NCBI GenBank assembly: GCA_965113315.1
Contig: OZ220367.1
Source: Podarcis vaucheri
Taxonomy: Eukaryota
DNA length: 64,000 bases
Strand: one strand, 5' to 3'
The notes below the pieces were generated by a model. That model saw only the letters and a program-made list of their open reading frames with translations. It searched no databases and was not told where the DNA came from. The position numbers and the translations under genes were made by a program. Each line of letters begins with the position of its first letter. The first letter of the stretch is position 1. Shown in pieces: positions 1 through 12,445 of this stretch.

Positions 1-248
1 TGAAACAACTTAAATGGGACCACAGTATAAAACCTGGACCTGGGAAAATCATTTTTCAGATCCAAACCCTGACTTTCTCTCAGAATGTTCCTCATCTATA
101 AAAGCCATCTTAATGCACCATCTTACAGCAGAAGCGCAAGGAAATTGTTTTAGTTGCGCCTGGAATCTTCAGGCACATAGTTTGTGCCTTTAAAACGGTG
201 AGAATGTTTTAAGGAATTCATCAGCGTGTGGATGGTCCAGACCGTATA

Positions 249-474
249 CAGTGGTGCCTCAGGTTAAGTACTTAATTCGTTCTGGAGGTCCATACTTAAC
301 CTGAAACTGTTCTTAACCTGAAGCACCACTTTAGCTAATGGGGCCTCCTGCTGCCGCTGCACCGCCGGAGCATGATTTCTGTTCTCAACCTGAAGCAAAG
401 TTCTTAACCTGAAGCACTATTTCTGGGTTAGCGGAATATGTAACCTGAAGCGTATGTAACCTGAGGTACCACTG
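249..474. mobile_element. Tc1/mariner-pogo-type MITE, copy 1
   Basis: Terminal inverted repeats CAGTGGT(G/A)CCTCAGGTT with TA on both sides. Confidence 0.88.
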
Positions 475-596
475 TATATGGATTTCCAGCCAGTGTCAAG
501 ATCTTCCTGCATCAGAAGCTTATTTAAACCCCATTGCCCACCATCCCAGGGCACCAGGAAAACTCAGAATTAAAAAGTGGAGCTAGGAGGACTCAC

Positions 597-3500
597 TTCA
601 GTAGCTGAGGGCTCACAAACACCAGGAGGTCTTGCACTACCTTGAGTGCCACTGATTTCATAAGGTTCCCAGCAAAGGTTCGGAATATAGAAGCCATCAG
701 CCAGCTCTTCGCGTAGTCAGCAGGAGAGTCTTTCTTGTCTGCCTCCTTCTTGCCTTTTTCCTTTTTCTCTTCCTAAATTCAGAGCAGGGTTTAGGTCTGG
801 CAGGCATCAAGCAGCCCCCAACTCTCAGGGTGGGGCAACTGCCACATAAAGCCAGCCATCTTATTTATTTATTAAGATTTATTAATTTGATAAATTTGTA
901 TTCCACTTTACTTCCCAAAGGAGCCCCAGCGTGGCAAACAAGCAGCTATAAACTATAGAAACATATTTTGAACATCTTAAAAAGAATTCCAATACAGATG
1001 CAGACTGGGAAAGTTATTAATGTAGAAGGCTCCTCAAGAAGATGGTCTTCAATAGATGCCAAAAAAACAATGGAGACAGCACCTGTCTAATTTTCAAGGG
1101 GAGCAGGGTTCAAAGGATAGGGACCACAATACTAAATGTCCGATTCCTACGTTGTGCAAAACGGAGCTTCTGTTATATGCAGAAGCCCCCCCCCCCCCCA
1201 CTTGTAAAGCACAGTGATATTGCCACCGGACACCCCCCCCCCCCAAAGCTCTAAGCTGCAGTGGGCTTGGGGATCCTAAGTGTAAGATTTCCTCCCATTC
1301 AGCCCAGCATTTGGATCTGAAATGTAAGCCCCACTCTCTCTCCCAGCAGCAGTAGTTACCAAAACCAATGCATCCTGACTCTGGGCTTTGCTCAAGCCAT
1401 TCATTTGCTGGTCAGTAGCTGCTGAATGAAGTTTCCTCTTCCGTTGGCGGATCTCCAGTTTCCGCTGAGCATTTTTTATTCCAGCTGTCATGTTCTTCTC
1501 AAGCGAGCCTAAAATTTTCCCCGTCTTATGTTCTTCCTTCAAGTCCCAGAGGTCATCAATTTCTAGTGGCTTGCGATAGCCCTTGAGCACCATCCTGAAA
1601 GGTACAGCAGATTTACTCAGGTGCTCAAAACCCTTGCTGCTCTTCACCCCGCTAATTTGTTGCTTTGACCATGCTCAGGCACAACAGTGAAATGAGCCCA
1701 GTATCCAAGGGTTGGGGCTTTGGGGGAAGTGAGAGGCTGCCAGCTCCCCATCAGTTGGCACTTGTTGAACAGAATGAAGAATTCCAAAAGGCTAGACCCT
1801 CTAATTAGACACACCAGAGGAAATAAAAGACTTAAATAGGAGCTTGGTTTAAAACACTACATTGCAGTACGGCATTTCTCACCATGCAAATATTTCAGAT
1901 CCAAAGCCCTAGTGATTAGAACTCTGTGGTCTTAACCCCTTCATATACTAACTAGCACTGTTAGGTTTGACTGCAAATCTCCCACATGCACAACAGGAGG
2001 AGAGCAGGGAGAAGTCCTGTTTCATAAGCAGAAATCCTTGCACTAATGGGACAGATTAGTTGACCCTAACCCTAACCTTTATTCTCCTAGATGTAATACA
2101 CTTATCTTTCCCATTCAGATTTGCATACCTGCTGTACCACTGGAAAGTGAGGAAGCTTAGGAAAGAGGCCACAATCTCTGGGTTCTGAAAAACACGGGAG
2201 GCAGAATGTCTAGGTGAAAAATTCAGGTAACAATAGTGTGACTAACCTGGCTGTCACTTTTGAAACAAAGCCTTCAAGACACAAATGCAAATGTTCCTTT
2301 TGAGACCACTCCCACCAAACAGTGCACCAGGCATCCAGGTGTGGCCTATGAAACCCAGCTTCCTGGTGAGCTGATGTGTGGAAACGTTCCCTATCCCATC
2401 AAGCCCACTCCGAGAACCTATACAAAGTGGGGATACCATGCAGAATACCAATGGCTGTTCCTGTCCCAAAGCTTATCCTACAAGTCTAGACCATGCAGCT
2501 GAAGACACTCACTTTCTTTGCAGCTTCCTTCATTTCGGGGGCAACGTCGGAAACAATAGAGACGAAGAACAAAATAAGTTGAAGCCCGTAGGAGACAAGG
2601 AAGAAGCTAAAACGTGGCACATCAGTGATGGAGCCCTGCAAGAGAAGAAAGCAAATGGGAGATACTAGTGGAAGTAACCAAACTGTGAAGCTGAAGCCAC
2701 TTCTCCCCAAGCAGTTAGGGCTAAAGTCCGTGCACCAGGACAACTCCTTCCTGCAGCTTTTTGGCCTTTCTCCCTACTTCCCCCTGCCTCAGGACTGTCC
2801 TGAGAAATAGGGTGGGTGAACCACAGCAGACAGGCTTGCAGAGCTGAATGACCCCAGAGGTGGCTTTGCTGGGGCCACCTCAACCTTTGCCATCCTGGGT
2901 TGCCTAGTTTTTCATAGACTTCTTGTGTTCCTGACCTGTATTGCTTGCCGGATGAGAGTCTGGAGCTGAAATACACCACAGAGCACAGAAAGGAGAAGGA
3001 AGATGAAGAGAGTCCCCGAGTCTCTGCGGACAGTGAAGCGGCGGCTGTCATGGATCAGCAGAACGAGCAACTGCAGTAGCGAAAAAGAGCCAAGAGTTTG
3101 CAAGACTGGGTTGGTTTCAGGGTTAGGAAATGGAGGGAGGTGTGATGTAAACTCATGGCACCAGGCTGGACATCAATCTTGATAATGAAGAGGAACCTGA
3201 GATCCACCTTCTTAGCTCGCTGAACATGCTCACTTGAGACAAGCTCAAAATATGGCTTGTGACTTCTAGTCGAGCTTCCAGAATGAGATCTGGAAACAGA
3301 CTGATGTATTACGGTAATTATGAAATAAGAGAACGGCCTTTGCCTTCATAATTCTAAATCTGTATAATGCTAAAAAAATCTACCTCCACTTCCTAGCTCA
3401 GATCAGATCACCTAGCCAGGGTGTAATTAAATGTGACAAACTAAATCAGTGGTTCCCACCCCTGCGGAGCACTTGAAAACTGCTGAGGGTCTTGGCAGAA

Positions 3501-6500
3501 CCACTTAATGGTTTTTCTGCCTGTTGTAGCAATGGTGATGTGCTGTGCTAGAAGCTGTATGATTTTCAACTGTATTTTTATTGCTTCTTTTATTTCTTAA
3601 GATACGACTTTTGATGACAGAATTCAAATTACAATCAAATAAAATATAAGAAATAGAANNNNNNNNNNNNNNNNNNNNNNNNNNNNNNNNNNNNNNNNNN
3701 NNNNNNNNNNNNNNNNNNNNNNNNNNNNNNNNNNNNNNNNNNNNNNNNNNNNNNNNNNNNNNNNNNNNNNNNNNNNNNNNNNNNNNNNNNNNNNNNNNNN
3801 AATCTGATTGGGTTGTCAGTTCTGGTTGCTGTTTTTAACCCTTTCTCCCTGTAGTATTTTCCTGATAAATGCTGCCTCATCTCAAATCTGCTATTTGCCC
3901 CACAGGAGAAAATATACAGGTGCCCATCTTCAGGGACATACCAAATAAGATGTAACTTGAGGTGTATGATGCACCTTGGGGTAGCAGGTTGCCATTGAAG
4001 GGACAATGTGAAAGGGATCTACCCTCGTGGAGAAGCACTTTGAGAGTAATATGAGGGTGATGGACAAATTTTGTTCATTGAATATTTGTACTAATATTAT
4101 CCCACTGTTTTTATTGTATTTTAAACTACCCAGCGGACTTGGGCCAATGGGCAGCCACTGTTGTTGTTGTTTTCTCATATATTCCTTGTTAGTTTGTTCT
4201 TTTCATGGTGTACTTGGGAAATATGGGAGTTTGATGATGGGGAATTAGTGTGGGGTCACTTTTTATTATGTTCTAGTGTCTGCTTTTTATGTTGTGGTAT
4301 AAGGTTTGGGTTAATTAATAAATAAATTTATTATTATCCTAAATCTCCCTTAAAAAAGAAAAAGCCGTTTCAGGCAGCTGCTTTAAAGATCGGAGAAGAT
4401 CAGAGCGCTGGCATTTTTTTGGGGGGGGGATTTGACTTTTCTTCCTTGTTTTTTCTCTAATGTAACCCCCTCCCTTCAAAATACTATTCTGGGTCTCATC
4501 AGAACTTGTATTAGCACACAGCCCAATGGAAACAGAAGGCTGAAACTGGAGTTGGCAACTCTGTGGTGAAAAAAAAACTTGTTCTTTATAAAGGACATTT
4601 TAATTCCAGATCAGGACATGGTTTGATGAAGGAGAGCTCTCACCCAACTAATGAAGTAGAGTGCTGGATTCAAGTACTGGACAATTGGGTTTCGACTAAC
4701 AGGGGTTGGGTGCGGGAGGTTTCCAAGGTCTTCGGCAACAGTGAAAAACACTTCAGCAAGGGCCATCAGTAAGAGCAGCGCAGCCAGCACCTGGCAAAGG
4801 AAGAGCAGACGTGTCAGATTGCTACCTGCAACGTTCTAGGAGAATAAGGTTGCAAGGAGCTTCTAAACCCATCATGGAGAAGCTACATATGCAGGGCAAA
4901 GCCACATTCCACAGCACAAGTGACCCAGGAGCACTGCTGTGCATCACACCCTCCGTCAAGTAAAAATCAAGTGTATTGATATACCCCTTTCCTACAAGGA
5001 ATGCACTCAAAGTGGGTTCAAAACACATAAAAATCCCTGTGTTATTTATAATATAAGTATATGTATATGTTTGTTAGCTTTGATTGGGTATTCCTTTTTA
5101 TAACAATCACAGTGCAAACTACATCAACAGTAAATACACTACAGTACTTGATTCCTAACAATTCTGTATATACTAAACACCACCACTATCATGACAGCAT
5201 TACATAAGCAAGACATGGTTCAAAGGCTTCTGGCCGAAGGACACTTAAGTTCATCTGACCCTCCGGCTTTCCTGCTCTTTCCACCCACATTTCCCAGTTA
5301 GCACAGATCCCTACTTCACTTAAACCCTTTCAGGGTTTCTCACATCACCCCCATCCACCTCCCAGAGAACTGCTTTGCCCTTTGATCTGCATGCCCTTTG
5401 CTTCCACCCTGCTACTAACTCCGGGGCACACCTTTCTCTCCCACCTGTTTAATAAGGTAAACTCTTGTGACAGATGATTTCTTCATCCTGGATGTGCAGA
5501 TGTGGAAAAGCTGCACTGGGCCAAAGAGCCAGAGGAAGCCCAGGGGGATCCAGACCAGAACAGTCTGTTCAAAGCAGAGTGGCAGGTCGGCATCATTCCG
5601 GTCCAGGAAAGAAGAGTTCTGGAGGCATCAAAAAAATAAATAAATAAAAAATAAGGCATATGCCAACACTTGCTAAGATCTTTAGCCCACATGTACTACC
5701 TGACATAGTTTCACATGTATCCATGCCCCACACCACTATGTGTTGCACCAGGGATGGAGAGCCTGTGGTACTCAAGATGTTGATGGAGTCCAACTCTCAT
5801 CCGCCCCAATCAACATGGCCAATGGTCGAGGATGATGGGAGCTGCAACACTGTGGTGGTGGTGCCTTACATCTCTGTTCCAAGTTCCACTGTGGATCTAC
5901 ACAGACAATTAGCATGTAAACATTGACAGCAATTGCCACAATTCCAATACCACAGCACCTGCCATGAACTCATTACAATGCTATAACATCTTCCAAAGAT
6001 TTGCTGTATTTGCCCAATGCATCATAACACAACCCCAGGATAACCGATTTCCACCTCCAGTCTCCACTGCTGTTCTGAGGGTGTTCTTGTTCCATTGATT
6101 TACAACCACCCTTACTCATCCTTATGCTAACCCATTCAGTATGACTCACCTGCAATCAAGCTAGTTAATGATGCTTTGTGTTAGAATCCAGTGACATTTT
6201 CAAGTGGGCAAAAGTCAATGTTTGTATTCACCATAACACAGCACTGGTGTTTACTACCAGCATGTAATTGCGTTGAACCTTTGTTGCACATGCTATCTAA
6301 TAAGAGCAGTTATCAATTAGAGATACCCTGGTGGGATATCTATATGGTTTATGATGTACATGTTGTGTGAGCTAACATTGCTGATACTGTGTTTAACTCT
6401 CAAACTGATTGGACATCCTTTCTTCCCCTTAATTCAATATTTACCATTATTTCTGCAGAACAAAACTGGATTTCGTTTTTACTACACTGGGATCAAAACA

Positions 6501-9500
6501 GCTGCAGAAAAATCTGTTTCTTACAGCACAATGATTGCAGCCCACGTTCCCTTTAAAGAAACTTCAGCATGCAGCTTGGTTGAGTAGTTTTAATGGAGCA
6601 AATATAATTATTAAGTATTTTTGCAAGACTCTTTAGGGCTTGTATTTGTAAAGAACTTTTGAGTTAATTGTTAAATGGGGGAAACAGCTAACGAATCTAC
6701 AGTGGAGAGAGCGCCACAACAACACATCCCCATGATATACATGCAAAATGATGTGACAGTGTCCCACTGGAGGCAAAGCCAGGAATGACCCCACTGCTGC
6801 CAGCCCCCAGGGCATCCCTCTAGGAAGAGGACCGAGTCCTTTTATGTGACACACAAGCACCATTTTGGAGCAGAACAAACACACACAGGGCAGTGGTGGA
6901 CCTTGGTGTCTCAAATTTCAGTGGCACCCTGTGGGACACCAAAATCCGGCACTCTCACCTACCATTGGACATAATAGTGGACTGTGCTCCCCTGGAGCTG
7001 ATAAAATCCCATGCTATACAAGTAATGATGTGCTGTAATTGGGTGCTCTGCTGTGACAATATGGGCAGGGTGGTTGTTTTCATTGTTGGGGGAGTGCCTG
7101 TTTTTTGTTTTAAATTAAAACCTCCCACTGAAATCTATGAAAATAAATTCCTTCTACAAGGGTCAGGACGGTGTAAAGTTGCACTGCTACTAGGGGCAAA
7201 ACCATGATCTGGAGTACAGAATATGTATCCTCTTCCTGTGTCACCCACACAACTCCTCACTGTTTCAGTTGCGCCGCAGACACCCAATTGCCAATGAAAC
7301 TACATCAGTGGAATATTTTGACGGCGTTATCAGTCATGTGTTATGTCATGTGACTCATCTAGTCCAGTATTGTCTACTTGGACTGGCAGTGGTTCTTCCA
7401 GATTTCAAGCAGGTACCAATGGGCTTTTGATGTTTGCCCTGACAGTTTGAAGTAATTGCTGGAGACGTCACCATTTCAGAAACACAAAATCTCGTTTTAT
7501 TGGAGGCACTGGGAGAGTCCTGCCTGTTATGTATGAAACAGACTCTTGGCATGAACAGAATCAGGGGAAATCCCAACATCCTTCACTGCAAAGGAAAAGT
7601 TAGTGTTGTACTCTACTTGCCAAGAGGACCACTAGTAGCTAAGGACATAAAGAGACAGCGATTTCCACCCTGTCCTGCCTTTGGTGTAATCGCCACTGTT
7701 TCCATTCTCCTACAGTTCAGTTATAACCTAAGTTAATTTGTTTTGCTATCTGCTACAGCCGAAACTAACATAATGAATTATGTAACCGATTTCAATGCAT
7801 TTTAATGAAAGGGAAACATCAAAAACATAATTATGCATGTAATATTCATGGACTTAAATAAACAACAGCTGATACCATTTGTATTTGCATGGTTACTGTT
7901 CCTGATCTTGGGTGAACATACAAATTGTGGCAATTTCTGCTCCCCTTTCTGTTTCTGGTGGAACGCCCTGAGATCCCTACAAGCAGTAGATGAGACAACA
8001 ACTCTCAAACAAAGGCAGCTGCACTCTGATCAGCTTAGTCAGCTTCGCTCATGAGCTCTTGTTTAGCAATTTAAATCTCCTGGTGCCCAGGACTTCTCCA
8101 TCAGTGACAAGGAAACAGATCTGGGCAATTCACTAGAAAACCAGTACCTGACAGGGTGGCGCAACAATTTTAATTTACTTCACAGGGATGTGGAGTGATC
8201 TCGATCACACAAAGGACTGGAGACTCCTCAAGTCAACAGCTAACCTACATGGTCATAATTATCTAGTACCAAAAGCCCTGGGAGCATACCACTTCAGAAT
8301 GGAGCAGGAGAGGACCTGAACCCAGTGAAATGTTCTCTGGGAAGCTAACACATCAAGGAGAGACTTAGCCTATGGGCCCTTTGCCTACGATGGACATCTT
8401 GTCAACTCTAGAATTTGTTGTGGGCACCACACACACACACAACACAGCACAACCAGTACTGTTGGCTACAAGATCATGATTCTTTCAGACTTAATTTCAG
8501 CTGAGGGAGAAGTGGAGGAAGAGGCCCACGTTCAGAACTCCAGTGATAGATTTCATGAACAGGAAAGCGTTTTTTTTTTACATATGGAGCACTTGATCCC
8601 CCCAGTTGCATTCTGCTATACTATGTGGCATGCCCAATAAAGTAGATCACCTGTGCCCCCATCTTCCGTTTCTGTGTGAGATTAAAGAACCCTCCTATTT
8701 TCTCTACAGTGAATCATTTGAGTCAGAGTTACAAGTGAAACGATCATGATTGTATCATACAAGGAGTGTTAACATCTCCACTAATGCTTTGGAGCCTTCC
8801 TGCCCTCTAAGACACTACAGTGGTACCTCGGGTTACAGATGCTTCAGGTTACAGACTCCGCTAACCCAGAAATAGTACCTCGGGTTAAGAACTTTGCTTC
8901 AGGATGAGAACAGAAATCGTGCTTCAGCGGCAGCAGGATGCCCCATTAGCTAAAGTGGGGCTTCAGATTAAGAACAGTTTCAGGTTAAGAACGGACCTCC
9001 AGAACGAATTAAGTACTTAACCCGCAGTACCACTGTATTATTATAAAGGTGACCCCTCCACTTGCATAGGGGTTATATTCCAGGCCCTCACATGTATAAG
9101 TGAAATTGTGTAACATGGGGAGAACCTGCTAAAAAGCCTCCAAATGCCTGTTTCTCCCTGCTAAGAGTTGTATAATTCTTTATCTGCCTGACATCAGATG
9201 GGAGAGTGCTCCACAGGGGAAGGTGCCACCGCTGAGGAGGCCCTCTGCCTGGGAAAGGTCTCCTCACAAGCCACGAGGACTGTCCAGCTCGCTCCCATCT
9301 TCCAGTGCTGAGTGCACCCACTGGAGCAGTAAGCAACACAAAGATGATGTATCTGTTCATTGTAAAACCCCCGACTCGCTACGTTCAGACTGCAGGCTTT
9401 GCTTTTACTAAGCATGCACACAGAACTAACACACCACTGCTGTCCCAACTCTCAAAGTAAACAGCCCTAACAGAGGCGTTTAGCCATCCTCCCGCAATTC

Positions 9501-9636
9501 AGGACATTCCACTGCACTCTGGCCTTTTAGATTTACAGTGGGACATCCCTGCCAGAAGCTGAGCTACCATCTACTCAGGGAGAAACTCACTCACCCAGAA
9601 AACTGAGCCACAGTACTGCTCCAAGGCTGCTGCCAT
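597..9636 (-). CDS. ABCC2: ABC transporter C family member 2 (MRP2/cMOAT), 5' part, coding exons 1-8; gene continues beyond the left edge
   Basis: Exons (minus): 9595-9636, 5445-5618, 4644-4790, 2936-3070, 2513-2635, 2129-2184, 1360-1594, 597-772, all GT-AG and in frame. Translation [44 protein letters not shown]...[36 protein letters not shown]...QSQDALVL/...VFVSPQLLK matches the MRP2 TMD0-L0 region. Synteny with CUTC and COX15 agrees. Confidence 0.96.
3659..3800. other. Assembly gap (142 N) in ABCC2 intron 3
   Basis: Run of N. Confidence 1.
8818..9035. mobile_element. Tc1/mariner-pogo-type MITE, copy 2 (inverted relative to copy 1)
   Basis: Same TIRs and TA flanks; internal sequence is the reverse complement of 249-474. 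Confidence 0.88.
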
Positions 9637-9639
9637 GGC

Positions 9640-10620
9640 AAGGCACTTCTTCCTCCTGCCTTTGTCCGACCTCTCTATCAGCCAGAGAGGCTGATCAGGA
9701 TGAAAGTCTCACAGGTTCAACGGAGGGGCGTTGGGCACAGCCTCTCAACAACAGATCATTAATCGTTAACTCCTGGTGTGCAGTCAGCCCCATGGATCAA
9801 ATTCATGAACCTTGGATGGCATAGTCAGAGGAGCTGCCTGGGTATGGCCAGAGACACAGCAAGAGAGGTGGTGGCATGGATTCTGGTGGGCAGCAACATG
9901 TGCTGTCTTGGATGAGATCCCTCAAGTTGACTCACCACTAGTCTAAGACCCACTCCCCAGTGGTGATAAAGTTGAATAATGCCTGGGAAGAAAGCGTGGG
10001 AAGACAACCATCACCCCTTTTCCACACCAGGGAATTTCGTATGCTACTCTCCACCTCAGCGGATTTCCAGGACAGTCTCGGTCTGATTCTGCCCCATTGT
10101 TCTTCTGCATCATGATTTCTGTGGGCAAGGGGTTTCTGAAAGTATGCAGCAGAGTCTTCCCCATTCCAGCAGCTAGGTATCCCCATTGTGTAATCCTACA
10201 CAGCCAGTCAAGCGTCACAGAGTGTTCTAGTGTCCCATCAGATTGGTACTGCACTGGGGGATCCATAGATCTCAACTGGGAAGTACTGAATCACAAAAAG
10301 TGGTCTGAGAGTGAGCAAACCAGGTTGGAGGGGGCCGGGGGGCCAGGAACTATGAAAATACTACTCGGGATGAAAGACAAAAACTGAACCTGTCCCTAGC
10401 TACCAGCAGTAGTACTGACCTCATTGTGTCCCCCCCCCTTGCCCAAAGTGCTCCTGAAACGAACTAAAAAAAGCCAAGAGAGATTCTGCTGTCTCATTCT
10501 TTATACAATCAATAAACCCAGAACCGACTGTGATTCATAGTCCTGCCTAAAGGGTCCAATGTCCACAGAACAAGCAATTTAAATCCCTCGTGGTTAATTA
10601 TTAGATAGTTAATCAAATCT
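9640..10620 (-). promoter_or_regulatory. CpG-poor tissue-specific ABCC2 promoter with HNF1-like and DR1-like sites
   Basis: HNF1-like ATTAATCGTTAAC 9758-9770 and GTTAATTATTAGA 10593-10605; DR1-like GGTCCAATGTCCA 10553-10565. Confidence 0.55.
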
Positions 10621-11374
10621 CATCATATTATAAACAATGTCCCTATCTGGATGGCAGCTGTCTGTTAAAATTCAGGAGCACACAACACAACCTTAGGAAA
10701 TGGGAAGTGATGACCACCTTTCCACAATGGACAACTTTATAACTCCCAATTCTGCCTTACGCTGAGACACAGGGAAGGGCCAATGTGTGGTTCTACCACA
10801 GGGTGAAATAATTCCTTTCCTACAAATTGGTGTTAATGGTAGGCTGTTGCAATGGTGTTCCCCTTTCTCAGGGTACTTTTATTTGTAAAGGTGGAGGGGG
10901 GCAGAGTTGAATTTCATAGATCAGTGCAGAAACACAGGTTCTCAGAATTCACATCTACTTTGCTCCTTCTGTAGTCCTGCTGTTGTAAAGTAAGTCTAAG
11001 CTCATGGTTTGTCTTGCTTCAGACATGGGCCCAGGCTTAGCTTGAAGCAGCAGGCCCAGAGGAGCAATCACAGTCTCTCCTCCTCTGTATGCCAGAGCAT
11101 TTGTGCCAAGTCATGATTTGGCTTAGCTTTACTTGTGAGTCATTGTGTGAGATCCACAATGGCCTTTAGCAGCAGAAACCACATGACTATCTCTTACACA
11201 ATCTCTGAATCTCTAAACTCCCCTTGCCAGAGTCAGATAAAACATCAAACATTTTCTGAACTTCTGCTCCTCCTCAAGATACTGATTATTCTGGAAGGTT
11301 AACTTACCTGAGGAGCTGCCCTGCTTGTCATGAAGCTATGCAAATAGAGGCAAATGCCATAAGGGCAAGAAAAT

Positions 11375-11790
11375 GATGCCCTTATGGCAACCTTGCAGCC
11401 TGGCTACTGTAGTCCATGTGTTGATAAACGTGAGGTTGGATTACTGCAATGTGCTCTGTGTGGGGCTTCCCTTGGCCTCGTTCCCCCTGAACCCTTATAT
11501 CCCAGCTCAGTCACTAAGATCATTTGCAGGAGCGTCGTTGGTCATTCCCCAAATTGGTGGAGATCTGACAATAAGCATCCAAGCCTTTAGCGTCATCACT
11601 CCAGCACTGTGGAATGTTCTGCCAATAAGGATTAACAGGTTCATGCAGGAAATCAAGAATACATCTTTCCGTAAAAGTTACCTCATTGCTGATTTTAACT
11701 TTTCAATATGGTTTTCATTGTATGGTTTTATGTGTAATTGTTGCAAACCACTCTGGCATTTTTATGAAAAGTGATATATAATTTTTTTTA
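11375..11790 (+). mobile_element. Decayed L2-like LINE fragment
   Basis: Translation LATVVHVLINVRLDYCNVLCVGLP…SLRS…AFSVITPALWNVLP resembles the L2 ORF2 C-terminus, with internal deletions. Confidence 0.7.
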
Positions 11791-12161
11791 TATAAATTAC
11801 ATAGAAACTTCACCCACTCTAATGACTTCTGTAGGACAGGATCCAGAACCTGACAACAATGAAATTTTTGCTGTCAGGTGTACGGAATTGCAGTGCTTGG
11901 TCACCTTGGGGTCGCTCTCTTAACCCCTGTTCTGAGAGATCCCTCCTCCCGCAATTGCAGTATTGCTTTACCACTTTCCTCTATGTACTTCAAAGAGGTA
12001 GTCTTCCACTCCAATCAAACTGAGGTGGGGTGAAGGAAGCCTGCAACACCCAATGTGCTCTCCGCCCCCCCCCCCCGGCCCATTTCCTTTGGGAGCAGTT
12101 TAAAGTCTTGCCATAGCCTCTACAGGAAGAAGAGCCACAGTGATATGGAGTGGCTTCAGGG

Positions 12162-12167
12162 TTTATT
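12162..12167 (-). terminator. Candidate CUTC polyadenylation signal
   Basis: TTTATT on plus, about 280 nt past the stop codon. Confidence 0.5.
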
Positions 12168-12445
12168 TAAGAAGAGACCTTAACAGGGAGAGTGTTGCCC
12201 GATGGCGAGTGCCCCTTTAATTAAGCCCCTCCCCATCATTTGCTCCCCACAGACAAAACGGCATTACGACATCTGAGGAAAAAACGCTGTGGAGCAAGTG
12301 GGAATAGGAGAAAAACAAGCAGAGGCTTCTTCATTTGATTGACCCATGTCCTTTAAGCGCTGGCAAGGATGCTGTTGAAATGTCTAAGTCTACGGATTGC
12401 GCAGGTCACAGGGCTCTGGGTCTTCCTGGCCCACAGTAGCTTGTT

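Noticed and set aside
2063-2076. Telomere-like CCCTAA repeats
   Set aside because: Only two units; expected by chance.
11104-11114. NRF2 ARE core (ATGACTTGGCA, minus) about 1.5 kb upstream of ABCC2
   Set aside because: Short motif inside what looks like a dispersed repeat also seen near 51350-51540; not distinguishable from chance.
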